Origin: Candidatus Methylopumilus sp.
Lineage (GTDB): Bacteria; Pseudomonadota; Gammaproteobacteria; Burkholderiales; Methylophilaceae
Length of the DNA: 64,000 nucleotides
Reading direction: 5' to 3'
Assembly: GCA_036745495.1 (NCBI GenBank)
Contig: DAIOGA010000003.1
Location: 15,318 to 79,317, forward strand
In this document: positions 21,047 to 31,993 of the stretch, piece by piece
Layout of the letters: every line of letters begins with the position of its first letter
How positions within the stretch are numbered: position 1 is the first letter of the stretch
Translations under genes and position numbers: made by a program
Notes under the pieces: model-generated
Seen by the model: the letters and a program-made list of their open reading frames with translations, nothing else
The model's database searches: none
What the model was told of the DNA's origin: nothing

Positions 21047-22066
21047 TTATTTGGCTGACATCATAGCAATAGCTGTATCAATCATGCGGCAACTAAAAGC
21101 CCACTCATTGTCATACCAGCCAAAGACTTTCACAAGCAAACCATCTTCACTCACCTTAGTTAAATTTGAATCAAAATATGAAGATGCTTCAGTATGATTA
21201 AAATCTACCGAAACTAAAGGTTCGTCGTTATAAATTAATATGCCTTTTAAACTTCCTTGATTAGCCGCTTCTTTTATAATGCGATTCACCTCATCTTTAG
21301 ATGTCGCTTTCTTCGGCGTAAAAGTCAGTTCAACCAATGAAACATTTAATGTTGGAACACGAATAGCAATCCCATCTAGCTTACCTTTTAATTCAGGTAT
21401 GACCAAACCCACAGCATCTGCTGCACCTGTTTTTGTTGGAATCATTGAAGTCGTTGCAGAACGAGCTCTTCTTGGATCTTTATGTTGATTGTCAGTTAAA
21501 TATTGGTCGTTTGTATATGAGTGAATCGTTGTCATAAGACCTGTAACAATCCCTAATTTATCATGCAAGGGCTTAACCATTGGAGCCAAACCGTTAGTAG
21601 TGCAAGAGGCATTAGAAACAACTGTATCAGTTGCTTTTAAAATTTGATGATTAACGCCATACACGATAGTTGCATCTACATCTTTATCGCCAGGTGCAGA
21701 AATCAATACTTTCTTAGCGCCTTGTTTCAGATGTGCGATTGATTTTTCTTTGCTCGTAAAAGCGCCGGTACATTCCATGACAACATCTACATTTAATTTG
21801 TCCCAAGGCAACTCTTCAGGATTTCTTGTGGTGAAAAAATTAATCACGTCACCGTTGATAATTATTTCATGATCATTTGTTTTGATCTCGGCATTAAATT
21901 TACCGTGTGTACTGTCGTATTTTAATAAATGGGCATTAGATGCTGCATCACCGCGACTCGAATTAATGGCAACCACTTTAATATCTTTACGATTTAATTC
22001 ATAAATCGATCTTAATATTAAACGCCCTATTCTTCCAAATCCTGTGATTGCTATCTTGATTGCCAT
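21047..22066 (-). CDS. gap: Type I glyceraldehyde-3-phosphate dehydrogenase
   Basis: [15 protein letters not shown] and WYDNE. Confidence 0.96.
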   Translation of the reverse strand: MAIKIAITGFGRIGRLILRSIYELNRKDIKVVAINSSRGDAASNAHLLKYDSTHGKFNAEIKTNDHEIIINGDVINFFTTRNPEELPWDKLNVDVVMECTGAFTSKEKSIAHLKQGAKKVLISAPGDKDVDATIVYGVNHQILKATDTVVSNASCTTNGLAPMVKPLHDKLGIVTGLMTTIHSYTNDQYLTDNQHKDPRRARSATTSMIPTKTGAADAVGLVIPELKGKLDGIAIRVPTLNVSLVELTFTPKKATSKDEVNRIIKEAANQGSLKGILIYNDEPLVSVDFNHTEASSYFDSNLTKVSEDGLLVKVFGWYDNEWAFSCRMIDTAIAMMSAK

Positions 22067-22081
22067 AAAGATTTCCTCAGT

Positions 22082-22117
22082 AAAAAATAAGGCATCTCAA
22101 ATTTGAGATGCCTTATT
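22082..22117 (-). terminator. Intrinsic terminator/hairpin between tkt and gap
   Basis: AATAAGGCATCTCAA/TTGAGATGCCTTATT long stem, followed by a T-run on the minus strand. Confidence 0.8.
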
Positions 22118-22135
22118 CAACTTACTCAATAATAA

Positions 22136-24127
22136 TTACAGAATTGATTTAACAGTTGAAACCACATTTTCTACTGTAAATCCAAAGTGTTTAAATAACG
22201 CGCCACCAGGTGCTGATTCACCGAATGTATCAATACCTACTGCGGCGCCATCTAGACCAATATATTTTCTCCAGAAATCGGTTACACCCGCTTCAATTGA
22301 AACACGTTTAACACCCTTGGTTAATACGCTATCTTTGTATGCTTGATCTTGTCGATCAAATACATTAGTTGATGGCATAGAAACTACACGCGCTTTAATG
22401 TTTTGTTCTTTCAATGCAGCTTGTGATTTCAATGCAAGATCCACTTCTGATCCGGTTGCAATCAGAATTACATCTGCTTTACCGCCTTCTGCTTCTGCTA
22501 ATACATAAGCACCTTTGCGAATTAAATCAATTTGCGCATCAGTTCTTTTTGTAAATGAAGTATTTTGTCGGCTTAATACTAAGCTGGTTGGATTATGAAT
22601 ACTCTCCACAGCGACTACCCATGCTACTGCTGTTTCAGTTGAATCTGCTGGTCTCCATACGTCCATTCTAGGAATATAACGAAGGCCTGAAGTAGTTTCG
22701 ATAGGTTGATGCGTTGGACCGTCTTCACCTTGACCAATTGAGTCATGCGTTAATACATAGATTACTCTTTGTTTCATAAGCGCCGCCATTCTCATCCCGT
22801 TCTTCATGTAATCAGAGAACATATGGAATGTGCCGCCAAATGGAAGTACGCCACCATGAAGTGCCATACCGTTCATAATCGCTGCCATACCAAATTCACG
22901 AACACCATAAGAAATATAATTACCTGGTGTCTTTCCGCTTACGTGTTGGAATGATGAGCAGCTTGTTAAGTTAGATCCTGTTAAGTCTGCTGAACCACCT
23001 ACAAACTCTGGCAAGATTGGTGCAAGCGCTGCAATTGCATTTTGCGATGCTTTACGTGTTGCTAGTACTTCAGCTTTTTCATTGACTGATTTAATCATGG
23101 CATCTGTCGATGATTTCCAATTTTTTGGAAGATCGCCTTTCATACGACGTTTAAATTCAGCTGCCAAATCTGGAAATTCTTTTTCGTAAGCTGCGAACTT
23201 ATCGTTCCATGCCGCTTCAGCTTTAGCACCTTTATCTTTAGCGCTCCATCCTGCGTAAACATCTTCAGGAATCACAAAAGGATCATGCTTCCAACCAATT
23301 GCTTCTCTTGTAGCAGCAACTTCAGCATCACCTAATGCTGATCCATGACAATCATGCGATCCAGATTTGTTAGGTGAACCCTTACCGATAATAGTTTTAC
23401 AGCAAATTAACGATGGCTTGTCTGTGATCTTTTTCGCAGCCTCAACTGCTTTATTAATAGCTTCAAAATCATGGCCATCGACATTTGGAATTACATGCCA
23501 GCCGTATGACTCAAAACGTTTAGCTGTGTCATCTGTATACCAACCTTCGATGTGACCATCGATAGAAATACCGTTGTCATCCCAGAAAGCAATTAAATTA
23601 CCAAGACCCCATGTTCCTGCAAGAGCGCAAGCTTCGTGAGATACACCTTCCATCATACAACCGTCACCTAAGAATACATATGTATGGTGATCTACGATTT
23701 TATGGTTAGGTTTATTAAATTGATTAGCGAGTAATTTTTCAGCCATTGCAAAACCTACCGCATTGCTAATACCTTGACCTAAAGGCCCTGTCGTTGTTTC
23801 AACGCCTGGTGCATAACCATATTCGGGGTGGCCTGCACATTTAGAATGAAGTTGACGGAATGTTTTAATTTCATCCATCGGTAAGTCGTAACCTGTGAGG
23901 TGAAGCAATGAATAAATCAACATTGATCCATGGCCATTCGAAAGAATAAAGCGATCACGATTAGCCCAATTTGGATTAGTAGGGTTATGTTGTAAATGAT
24001 GATTCCATACAACCTCAGCAATTTCAGCCATACCCATAGGTGCACCTGGGTGTCCTGAGTTTGCCTTTTGAACTGCATCCATTGATAACGCACGAATTGC
24101 GTTAGCTAAATCTTGACGTGTTGCCAT
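22136..24127 (-). CDS. tkt: Transketolase
   Basis: [17 protein letters not shown] and [16 protein letters not shown]; start set to ATG 24127, which follows SD GGGAGG. Confidence 0.98.
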   Translation of the reverse strand: MATRQDLANAIRALSMDAVQKANSGHPGAPMGMAEIAEVVWNHHLQHNPTNPNWANRDRFILSNGHGSMLIYSLLHLTGYDLPMDEIKTFRQLHSKCAGHPEYGYAPGVETTTGPLGQGISNAVGFAMAEKLLANQFNKPNHKIVDHHTYVFLGDGCMMEGVSHEACALAGTWGLGNLIAFWDDNGISIDGHIEGWYTDDTAKRFESYGWHVIPNVDGHDFEAINKAVEAAKKITDKPSLICCKTIIGKGSPNKSGSHDCHGSALGDAEVAATREAIGWKHDPFVIPEDVYAGWSAKDKGAKAEAAWNDKFAAYEKEFPDLAAEFKRRMKGDLPKNWKSSTDAMIKSVNEKAEVLATRKASQNAIAALAPILPEFVGGSADLTGSNLTSCSSFQHVSGKTPGNYISYGVREFGMAAIMNGMALHGGVLPFGGTFHMFSDYMKNGMRMAALMKQRVIYVLTHDSIGQGEDGPTHQPIETTSGLRYIPRMDVWRPADSTETAVAWVVAVESIHNPTSLVLSRQNTSFTKRTDAQIDLIRKGAYVLAEAEGGKADVILIATGSEVDLALKSQAALKEQNIKARVVSMPSTNVFDRQDQAYKDSVLTKGVKRVSIEAGVTDFWRKYIGLDGAAVGIDTFGESAPGGALFKHFGFTVENVVSTVKSIL

Positions 24128-24295
24128 TATTGCCTCCCGAAATTGACAGCATTGCAAATATTTTTTAAATATTTGCGTACTAAATGTAAAGTTAAAAAAT
24201 TGATTTTATTTTTACCTAAATTATTGCTTAAATAGCCCTTTTCAGCAAGGCGAATAGGGTCTTTTTGCCTCTTGATTATTTGCTCCAAATGCTTT

Positions 24296-24850
24296 TCATT
24301 CCCGCCATTTAATAGAGCAACCAATGCTTGATTTTTGTTCGATAGGGCCTGTTTGTGTTTCAGCAATAAGCTTCATAGCTTCATATAAATCACGCGTATT
24401 ATCGGGCGGTGGATCTCCGCGACCTGTTGCGTCAAAACGGCCACGATATTGCAACTCTAGACTGCGATTAAAGCCAAAAAAATCAGGTGTACAAATAGCT
24501 TTATAAGCTCTTGCGACTTCTTGAGTTTCGTCAATTACATAAGGAAAAGAAAAATGAGATTGATGTGCAATACGCTTCATATTTTCAAACGAGTCTTCAG
24601 GATAATTTAAAGGATCATTGCTCTGAATGGCAATCGTTTGAATGCCCAGATCTTTTAGAGCTCGAACATCATGGATAAGTCTTGGTAATATCGCTTTCAC
24701 ATATGGGCAGTGATTACATATAAACATCACAAGTAAACCATTATCGCCTTTTGATTTTTCTAGAGTCCAAAATGTGTTATCAACGCCTTGTAAATTAAAA
24801 TCAATGGCTTTCCAACCAAAATCACAAAGCGGAGTATTTAAACTAACCAT
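24296..24850 (-). CDS. Thioredoxin-fold AhpC/TSA family protein
   Basis: FICNHCPYV, CTPDFF and SIGCSIKW. Confidence 0.9.
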   Translation of the reverse strand: MVSLNTPLCDFGWKAIDFNLQGVDNTFWTLEKSKGDNGLLVMFICNHCPYVKAILPRLIHDVRALKDLGIQTIAIQSNDPLNYPEDSFENMKRIAHQSHFSFPYVIDETQEVARAYKAICTPDFFGFNRSLELQYRGRFDATGRGDPPPDNTRDLYEAMKLIAETQTGPIEQKSSIGCSIKWRE

Positions 24851-24886
24851 GTTTTATGCCTTAATATAGCTTACTTATTAGAAGAA

Positions 24887-25633
24887 TTGACTATGGAAGA
24901 AAATCGATTTTACCACTCTGAAAACCTAGAACTCAAACATGTCGTTGAATTAAGCGCGCAAACGCATATTCACGCTACAAAAGTTTTAAGATTAAAAGTG
25001 GGTGATCAATTCGCTCTTTTTAATGGCGATGGTTTTGATTATGTCGCAAAAGTGATTGAGGTATCGAAACATAAAACATCCGTTGAAATTATCGATAAAT
25101 ATGAAGTCAATCATGAATCTTCTCTAAAGATAACGTTAGTCCAAGGTCTCGCGGCAGGGGATAAAATGGACTGGATTATTCAAAAAGCTGTTGAGCTCGG
25201 CGTTCATACTATTCAACCTCTATTAACGGAACGATCCATCATTAAATTAGATCAGGAAAGGGCAGATAAGAAACTTGACCACTGGAAAACTGTCGCTATC
25301 TCCGCATGTGAACAGACTGGACGAAGCGCCATCCCAAATATATTAAGACCACTCCATTTAAATCAATGGCTGAGTGAAGAAACCCTAAAAACAGATAACT
25401 TAAAATTAATCCTCACACCATCAAAAGCACAAAACATAAATCACTTAGATAAGCCATCTAATTCGATTGTGTTTATGGTGGGGCCCGAAGGCGGCTTCTC
25501 AGAAAAAGAAATGGCCTTGGCTTTAAATCATGCTTTTATCCCTGTGAATTTTGGTCAAAGAATATTAAGAACGGAAACAGCTCCTATCGTTGCCCTTTCT
25601 ATTTTGCAAAATTTATGGGGTGATTTTGCATAA
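24887..25633 (+). CDS. rsmE: 16S rRNA m3U1498 methyltransferase
   Basis: QKAVELGV, ACEQTGR, VGPEGGFS and RILRTETA. Confidence 0.96.
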   Translation: MTMEENRFYHSENLELKHVVELSAQTHIHATKVLRLKVGDQFALFNGDGFDYVAKVIEVSKHKTSVEIIDKYEVNHESSLKITLVQGLAAGDKMDWIIQKAVELGVHTIQPLLTERSIIKLDQERADKKLDHWKTVAISACEQTGRSAIPNILRPLHLNQWLSEETLKTDNLKLILTPSKAQNINHLDKPSNSIVFMVGPEGGFSEKEMALALNHAFIPVNFGQRILRTETAPIVALSILQNLWGDFA

Positions 25634-25690
25634 TACGCAAAAATTATGGTATTTATGTAAAAAATACATGTAAAATATGTATTTTATGCA
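25627..25690. promoter_or_regulatory. Three 13-bp palindromic candidate operators upstream of HTH-argA
   Basis: TGCA-TAATA-CGCA (25627-25639), TGTA-AAAAA-TACA (25656-25668) and TGTA-TTTTA-TGCA (25678-25690). Confidence 0.6.
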
Positions 25691-25702
25691 AATTATTACC
25701 TT

Positions 25703-27256
25703 ATGTCACTTGGCGAAGCAATCAGAAAGAGAAGAAAGTCTTTAGGGCTCACCCTTCAAGTCTTAGCGGAAAAAATTGCGAGCGATCCTGGCAATCTTTC
25801 TAGAATAGAAAGAGGTGCCCAAAATGTCAGTGAAGCGCAACTACTTAAAATATGTGAAGTGCTCAATTGTGCGCCCTCTAGTCTCTTTCAAAATAAGACT
25901 TCCCCTAACCCCATTCAAAAATTAGATAGCCAAACATTTGCAAGATGGTTTAGGTTAGCAGCCCCCTATATCAACACCTTTAGTAATAAAACATTTGTCA
26001 TTGCATTTGGGGGTGAACTTCTCAATGAAGATCAATTTACAGCCCTCTCTCACGACATCAATTTATTGACCTGCTTAAACGTCAAAATTGTGCTCGTCCA
26101 TGGCGCAAGACCTCAAATCGACCAAAAACTTAAAGAGAAAAAAATCTCAACCCAGCTTGTGCAAAATGTTCGCGTCACTGATGACTCGGGCATGGAGGCT
26201 GTTAAAGAGGCCAATGGTCTAATTAAAATTAATATTGAATCCACGCTTTCTTCCAGTCTTTTAAACTCACCTATGGCAGGGAGTGATATTAAAGTTTCTA
26301 GCGGAAACTTTATTACGGCAAAACCTTTGGGTGTAATCGATGGCGTCGACATGCAACATACCGGCGAAGTAAGGAAGATTGATAGTGCTGCGATTAAGAA
26401 AAAATTAGATAACAAAGAATTAGTTGTCATATCTCCTATCGGATATTCACCGACAGGTGAAGTGTTTAATCTCACCATGGAAGATGTCGCACTCAAAACA
26501 TCTATCGCACTAGAGGCAGATAAACTGATTCTTCTTATAGATTCTGATGGTATTTTTAATTTAAGGAATGAGTTGCTGCACGAAATGACTTTAGAAAAAG
26601 CTGTCAATCTATATAAAAGTATCGCAAAAAATAATCCTAAAAAACATGAGCTCATCAATATTAATTCAAATGAACTGGATCTACTAGAGATTGCGATCAA
26701 AGCTTCCGAAGCCGGTATTCATAAAATTCATTTAATTAATAGGCATATTGATGGTGCTATTCTTCAAGAATTATTTACGGATGAAGGTGTAGGCACTGTC
26801 ATCACAGAAAAAGCGCTCGATACGATCAGACAAGCCAATCATAATGACGTCAAAGGTATTCACAAACTGATTAACCCTTTAGAGGCGGGCGGCTATCTTA
26901 TCAAAAGGGGCAAAGAGCGGATTGATCACGACATAGAAAACTTTTTCGTGATCGAGCACGATAAGAAAATTATTGGTTGTGCCGCTTTATATCCTTACAA
27001 CGATCATGTTGAATTTGCGTGTTTTGCAATTAACAAAAACTACCAATCAAAAGGCTTTGGTTCAAAACTCTATAATTATTGCGAAGAAATTGCACGAGAA
27101 AAAAGTTACAAGTATTTATTTGCTCTAACGACAAGAACTGAACATTGGTTTATTGAAAAAGGATTTAAAGAAGAGAACATCCAAAAACTTCCTAAAAAAA
27201 GATTGGAGTCTTACTTGCCTCAAAGAAATTCAAAATTTTTTATTAAAAAGCTTTAA
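25703..27256 (+). CDS. argA: N-acetylglutamate synthase with an N-terminal XRE/HTH_3 DNA-binding domain
   Basis: Residues ~1-62 form an XRE HTH (LGEAIRKRRKSLGLTLQVLAEKI...LSRIERG). Then come the classical ArgA kinase-like domain (WFRLAAPYIN, LVHGARPQI, ELFTDEGVGT) and GNAT domain (IIGCAALYP, QSKGFG, LTTRTEHWF, RNSK). Confidence 0.93.
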   Translation: MSLGEAIRKRRKSLGLTLQVLAEKIASDPGNLSRIERGAQNVSEAQLLKICEVLNCAPSSLFQNKTSPNPIQKLDSQTFARWFRLAAPYINTFSNKTFVIAFGGELLNEDQFTALSHDINLLTCLNVKIVLVHGARPQIDQKLKEKKISTQLVQNVRVTDDSGMEAVKEANGLIKINIESTLSSSLLNSPMAGSDIKVSSGNFITAKPLGVIDGVDMQHTGEVRKIDSAAIKKKLDNKELVVISPIGYSPTGEVFNLTMEDVALKTSIALEADKLILLIDSDGIFNLRNELLHEMTLEKAVNLYKSIAKNNPKKHELININSNELDLLEIAIKASEAGIHKIHLINRHIDGAILQELFTDEGVGTVITEKALDTIRQANHNDVKGIHKLINPLEAGGYLIKRGKERIDHDIENFFVIEHDKKIIGCAALYPYNDHVEFACFAINKNYQSKGFGSKLYNYCEEIAREKSYKYLFALTTRTEHWFIEKGFKEENIQKLPKKRLESYLPQRNSKFFIKKL

Positions 27257-28168
<912 letters not shown>

Positions 28169-28786
28169 TTGTCAAAAATTTGGATTTTTGATTTAGACGA
28201 TACACTGCACGACGCAAGCTCCAAAATATTTCCAAGTATCAATCAATCTATGACTGCCTACGTCAGTCAAAAACTTCAAATCAGCCATCAAGATGCGCAT
28301 GACCTTCGCAATCAATATTGGAAAGTTTATGGCGCAACTTTAAAAGGTTTGATGGAAAATCACGATGTTGACCCAAAAGAATTTTTACTCAACACACACG
28401 ATGCGGAAGAGCTATCAAAATTTGTGAAACAATCCCATACTCTAGAAAATACTTTAAAAAAAATCAAAGGGAAAAAGATTGTGTTTACAAATGCCCCGCT
28501 TCACTATGCGATCGCAATTATTAAATCACTGAATATTCAAAAATATTTTTCTGCGGTTTATAGTATCGAATCAACGCGCTTCAATCCCAAGCCATCAATT
28601 TTTGCATTCAGGAAAATTTTAAGGCGAGTTGGAAAAAAAGCTCATCAATGTGTCATGGTGGAAGATGATCTTGCTAATTTAAAAACTGCTTACAAGATTG
28701 GTATGAAAACGATTCTAGTATCTAGGCAAAATAAAAAAACAATTTTTGTGAGGAAGCGCATTACAAAAATTACCCAATTAATTTAA
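28169..28786 (+). CDS. HAD-family pyrimidine 5'-nucleotidase
   Basis: FDLDDTL, YGATLKGL, FTNA, KP and VEDD motifs; TTG start abutting argB. Confidence 0.85.
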   Translation: MSKIWIFDLDDTLHDASSKIFPSINQSMTAYVSQKLQISHQDAHDLRNQYWKVYGATLKGLMENHDVDPKEFLLNTHDAEELSKFVKQSHTLENTLKKIKGKKIVFTNAPLHYAIAIIKSLNIQKYFSAVYSIESTRFNPKPSIFAFRKILRRVGKKAHQCVMVEDDLANLKTAYKIGMKTILVSRQNKKTIFVRKRITKITQLI

Positions 28787-28791
28787 AACAA

Positions 28792-29916
28792 TTAGATAAG
28801 TTTTGTTAATACTTGCAGGCGCGCCTCATAAATCGCATCTTTAATATCTAGGCCACGCTTATTCTGACTAATTGAACTTAGATTTAATTTATTAAGATGC
28901 TTCAGATACTTCTTTAAGGATTTTAAAGTTGTTGAAGCTGTTCTTAATTGATTTGACTGACTACTGATAAAAGCCTCAAAGATTTTCATTACATCTAAAA
29001 GCATATCTGGGTTTCTAAATAAATCCATTTTGTAAATCAAATCTAAAATTTGGCGAGGTTTGAGTTTTTTAAATTGCTTTAGATCGGATAAATTCGCTAT
29101 TGTCTTTTCAGTTAATTTTTTTACTGCATTCGGCACAGATAGCCTTGTGTAAATTTCTTCTTGAATCTTGCTATTTACTTTTAGAGGGTAGAGATACATA
29201 AAAAATAAAGCTGCTTTAATTTCAGGGGAATGCTTTGACTTGAATGCATATTCAAAACTCTTCTTTATGGAATTTTTATGTTTAGCATAATTCATTTCTG
29301 GTAGTAATAATTTAAGCGCCCCACATTTATGAAGAACTTCTAGCATTAAATAAGATTTTTTTTCAGAAAATCCAACAAATAATTCATGCCAAATTCTTTC
29401 TGATGCTACAGCTTCTATTTCTTTATTTTTTACAATCTGCTTTAGAATGGCTTCTGTCTTGGGATGGATTTTAAACTGATGAAATCGAGCAGAAAATCGA
29501 GCGATACGTAATACACGAATAGGGTCTTCCACAAAAGCAGAACTAACATGACGTAAAACTTTATTTTTAATGTCCTGAATACCATGAAAGGGATCAAAAA
29601 ACTGACCTCTCGTATCCTTGGCAATAGCATTGATTGTGAGGTCCCTGCGTTTTAGATCTTCCTCTAAAGTCACTTCTTTTGAAGCATAGACTTTAAAGCC
29701 CTTATATCCTTTTGAAATTTTGCGTTCTGTTCTTGCTAACGCATATTCATGATGTGTTTTGGGATGTAAAAAAACTGGAAAATCTTTACCCACTGGCTTA
29801 TAACCTAATTTCACCATTTCTTCAGAAGTCGACCCTACAACAACATAGTCTTTATCTTTAACCGATAAGCCCATGATCTGATCTCTCACAGCACCGCCCA
29901 CAAGATAGATTTTCAT
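28792..29916 (-). CDS. cca: tRNA CCA-adding nucleotidyltransferase (HD domain apparently degenerate)
   Basis: YLVGGAVRD, DKD, VGKDFPVFLHP, LARTERK, RRDLTINA and EDPIRVLR. Confidence 0.93.
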   Translation of the reverse strand: MKIYLVGGAVRDQIMGLSVKDKDYVVVGSTSEEMVKLGYKPVGKDFPVFLHPKTHHEYALARTERKISKGYKGFKVYASKEVTLEEDLKRRDLTINAIAKDTRGQFFDPFHGIQDIKNKVLRHVSSAFVEDPIRVLRIARFSARFHQFKIHPKTEAILKQIVKNKEIEAVASERIWHELFVGFSEKKSYLMLEVLHKCGALKLLLPEMNYAKHKNSIKKSFEYAFKSKHSPEIKAALFFMYLYPLKVNSKIQEEIYTRLSVPNAVKKLTEKTIANLSDLKQFKKLKPRQILDLIYKMDLFRNPDMLLDVMKIFEAFISSQSNQLRTASTTLKSLKKYLKHLNKLNLSSISQNKRGLDIKDAIYEARLQVLTKLI

Positions 29917-30867
29917 TTATCGACCAGATTTACTTCTATAAAAATTATATTTAGCTCGCATAGCCGGTCTATTTTTTTTATTTTCTAGATAATGCTCCAA
30001 ACGCTCCTGAGAGTATCGATATGGTATTGCATACTGAATATCTACTACATTTTCAACCTGCATAGATCTCCAGTTATCTCGAGTCAATATTTTAATTGGC
30101 AACATTTCCATGCTTAATGCAAACATATATGAAAGTGGTTTATTAAGAGGAATGATAAGGCGCTGTAATTTTTCAGACTTAATAATTAGCTTAATAATTT
30201 CTTTAAGTGAATAAACATCAGGACCGCCTAATTCATAAACTTTTCCGTATGTTTTTTTATCCCAAAGACTTTTAGTGATGATTTTTGAAACATCTTCAAT
30301 GTAAATCGGTTGAAATTTCGATTGAGGGGATAATAGGACTATCACAGGTAGCCATTTCACGAGCAACTTAAACATATTAATAAAATTATCTTTTACTCCA
30401 AAAATAATAGAAGGTCTTAATATTGTTAAATATAGATCTTTTTGTTTAAGTAATGCGGTCTCACCAAGTATTTTTGATTTGAGATATAAACTAGCGGCAT
30501 TAGAGCCTACGCCCAAAGCGCTAACATGCAATAGCCGCTTAATACCCAACTCTTTCATCGTTTTAGCTAAATGGCTCGGCCAAAGATGGTGAATCTTATC
30601 AAAAGAATCTTTTTTAGATTGATGAAGAATCCCCAAGAGGTTAATGACAACATCCGTATTTTTTAAATCTTTTTTTACTTGCGTGAGATCGTCAAGATTA
30701 AAGTCAAATATTTGAATATTCGGATTCACCGTCCAAAATTTGATTTTTTCTTTATTCCGTGAAAATAATTTTAGACGATAATTGGATTGATTAAGTGCCA
30801 AGACAATACTGGAGCCCAAGAAGCCTGAAGCCCCAAAAATTGCAATTGTTTTTTTTGATTGAGCCAC
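29917..30867 (-). CDS. NDUFA9-like NAD(P)-binding SDR/epimerase family protein
   Basis: GASGFLG, HVSALG, YLKSK (YxxxK), RPSIIFG and QPIYIEDV; GTG start. Confidence 0.85.
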   Translation of the reverse strand: MAQSKKTIAIFGASGFLGSSIVLALNQSNYRLKLFSRNKEKIKFWTVNPNIQIFDFNLDDLTQVKKDLKNTDVVINLLGILHQSKKDSFDKIHHLWPSHLAKTMKELGIKRLLHVSALGVGSNAASLYLKSKILGETALLKQKDLYLTILRPSIIFGVKDNFINMFKLLVKWLPVIVLLSPQSKFQPIYIEDVSKIITKSLWDKKTYGKVYELGGPDVYSLKEIIKLIIKSEKLQRLIIPLNKPLSYMFALSMEMLPIKILTRDNWRSMQVENVVDIQYAIPYRYSQERLEHYLENKKNRPAMRAKYNFYRSKSGR

Positions 30868-31032
30868 TTTGAAGTTAAAGCAATCTTATTATAAATATAA
30901 GAATCAGAATTAATGTGACGTTAGTTGTGATTTTTAAATACTTTATATATTTTTTATTTTTTGTATTTAAATATAAAAAGGTAAATGCTACTAATATTGC
31001 AAGCAATAAAAAGATACAAAATCTTAAAATAT

Positions 31033-31986
31033 TCATTGGTAAACTCCTGCCATTGACTGATTTAAAATCCCACTCTTAGAATTGATGTAGCGTGTTGCCA
31101 AATTCGATGTTTTAGGATCCCTACTATCTAAAGTGGTAAGACTCCAGCTTTGTTTATTGGAAAGCAATGCCAGCAATAATTTATTATTTAATTCATGACC
31201 TGATTTGTAGGCTTTAAAATTGCCTATGATTGAATAGCCCAACATATAGAGATCGCCGACGGCATCGAGTATTTTATGTCGCACAAATTCGTCATTGTAG
31301 CGAAGCCCATCGGTATTAATAATTTTATATTCATCTAAAACAATCGCATTATCAAGCGATCCGCCTCTAGCTAATCCATTAGATCTTAAATATTCGACTT
31401 CTTGCATAAATCCGAACGTGCGTGCACGGCTAATTTCTGTGATATAGGATTTATCATAAAAATCTAGGGCAACTTTATTCGTTGACTCATCAAATACTGG
31501 ATGAGGAAAGTCGATTGTAAAATCAACTTTAAATCCTTCGTATGGTTCGAATTTTGCCCATTTATCTTTATCTTTTACTTCTATAACATCATTTATCAAT
31601 ACAAATTTTTTCGGGGCATCCTGTTCTTTAATTTGTGCAGTTTGAAGAAGATAAATGAAGGGGATAGAGCTTCCATCCATAATCGGTACTTCAGAGCCAT
31701 TTAATTCAATAATAATATTATCGATACCTGTAGCTGATAATGCTGACATTAAATGTTCAACTGTCGCTACACGTGAAGCACCTTCCCCAATAGCTGAACA
31801 CATCTTAGTATCTTTAACCGCATCAGGACTTATTTTAACTTCGTGATTTTTCTTTTGATCAACCCTTCGAAAAACAATACCCTGGTCGACTTCAGCAGGC
31901 TTAAGTGTCATTGTTACTTTCTCGCCATTATGAAGACCTACGCCAGAAGTCTGCACAGATTTTTGAATGGTTCTTTGTTTAATCAT
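31033..31986 (-). CDS. lpxC: UDP-3-O-acyl-GlcNAc deacetylase
   Basis: [14 protein letters not shown] and [10 protein letters not shown]. Confidence 0.97.
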   Translation of the reverse strand: MIKQRTIQKSVQTSGVGLHNGEKVTMTLKPAEVDQGIVFRRVDQKKNHEVKISPDAVKDTKMCSAIGEGASRVATVEHLMSALSATGIDNIIIELNGSEVPIMDGSSIPFIYLLQTAQIKEQDAPKKFVLINDVIEVKDKDKWAKFEPYEGFKVDFTIDFPHPVFDESTNKVALDFYDKSYITEISRARTFGFMQEVEYLRSNGLARGGSLDNAIVLDEYKIINTDGLRYNDEFVRHKILDAVGDLYMLGYSIIGNFKAYKSGHELNNKLLLALLSNKQSWSLTTLDSRDPKTSNLATRYINSKSGILNQSMAGVYQ

Positions 31987-31993
31987 TAAATAC

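Noticed and set aside
24127..24366. 79-aa minus-strand ORF upstream of tkt
   Set aside because: Overlaps the thioredoxin-fold gene and the tkt promoter region; no recognisable motif.
30868..31032. CRP-like TGTGA elements or an sRNA in the AT-rich spacer
   Set aside because: The two TGTGA copies are direct, not inverted; no convincing structure or ORF.
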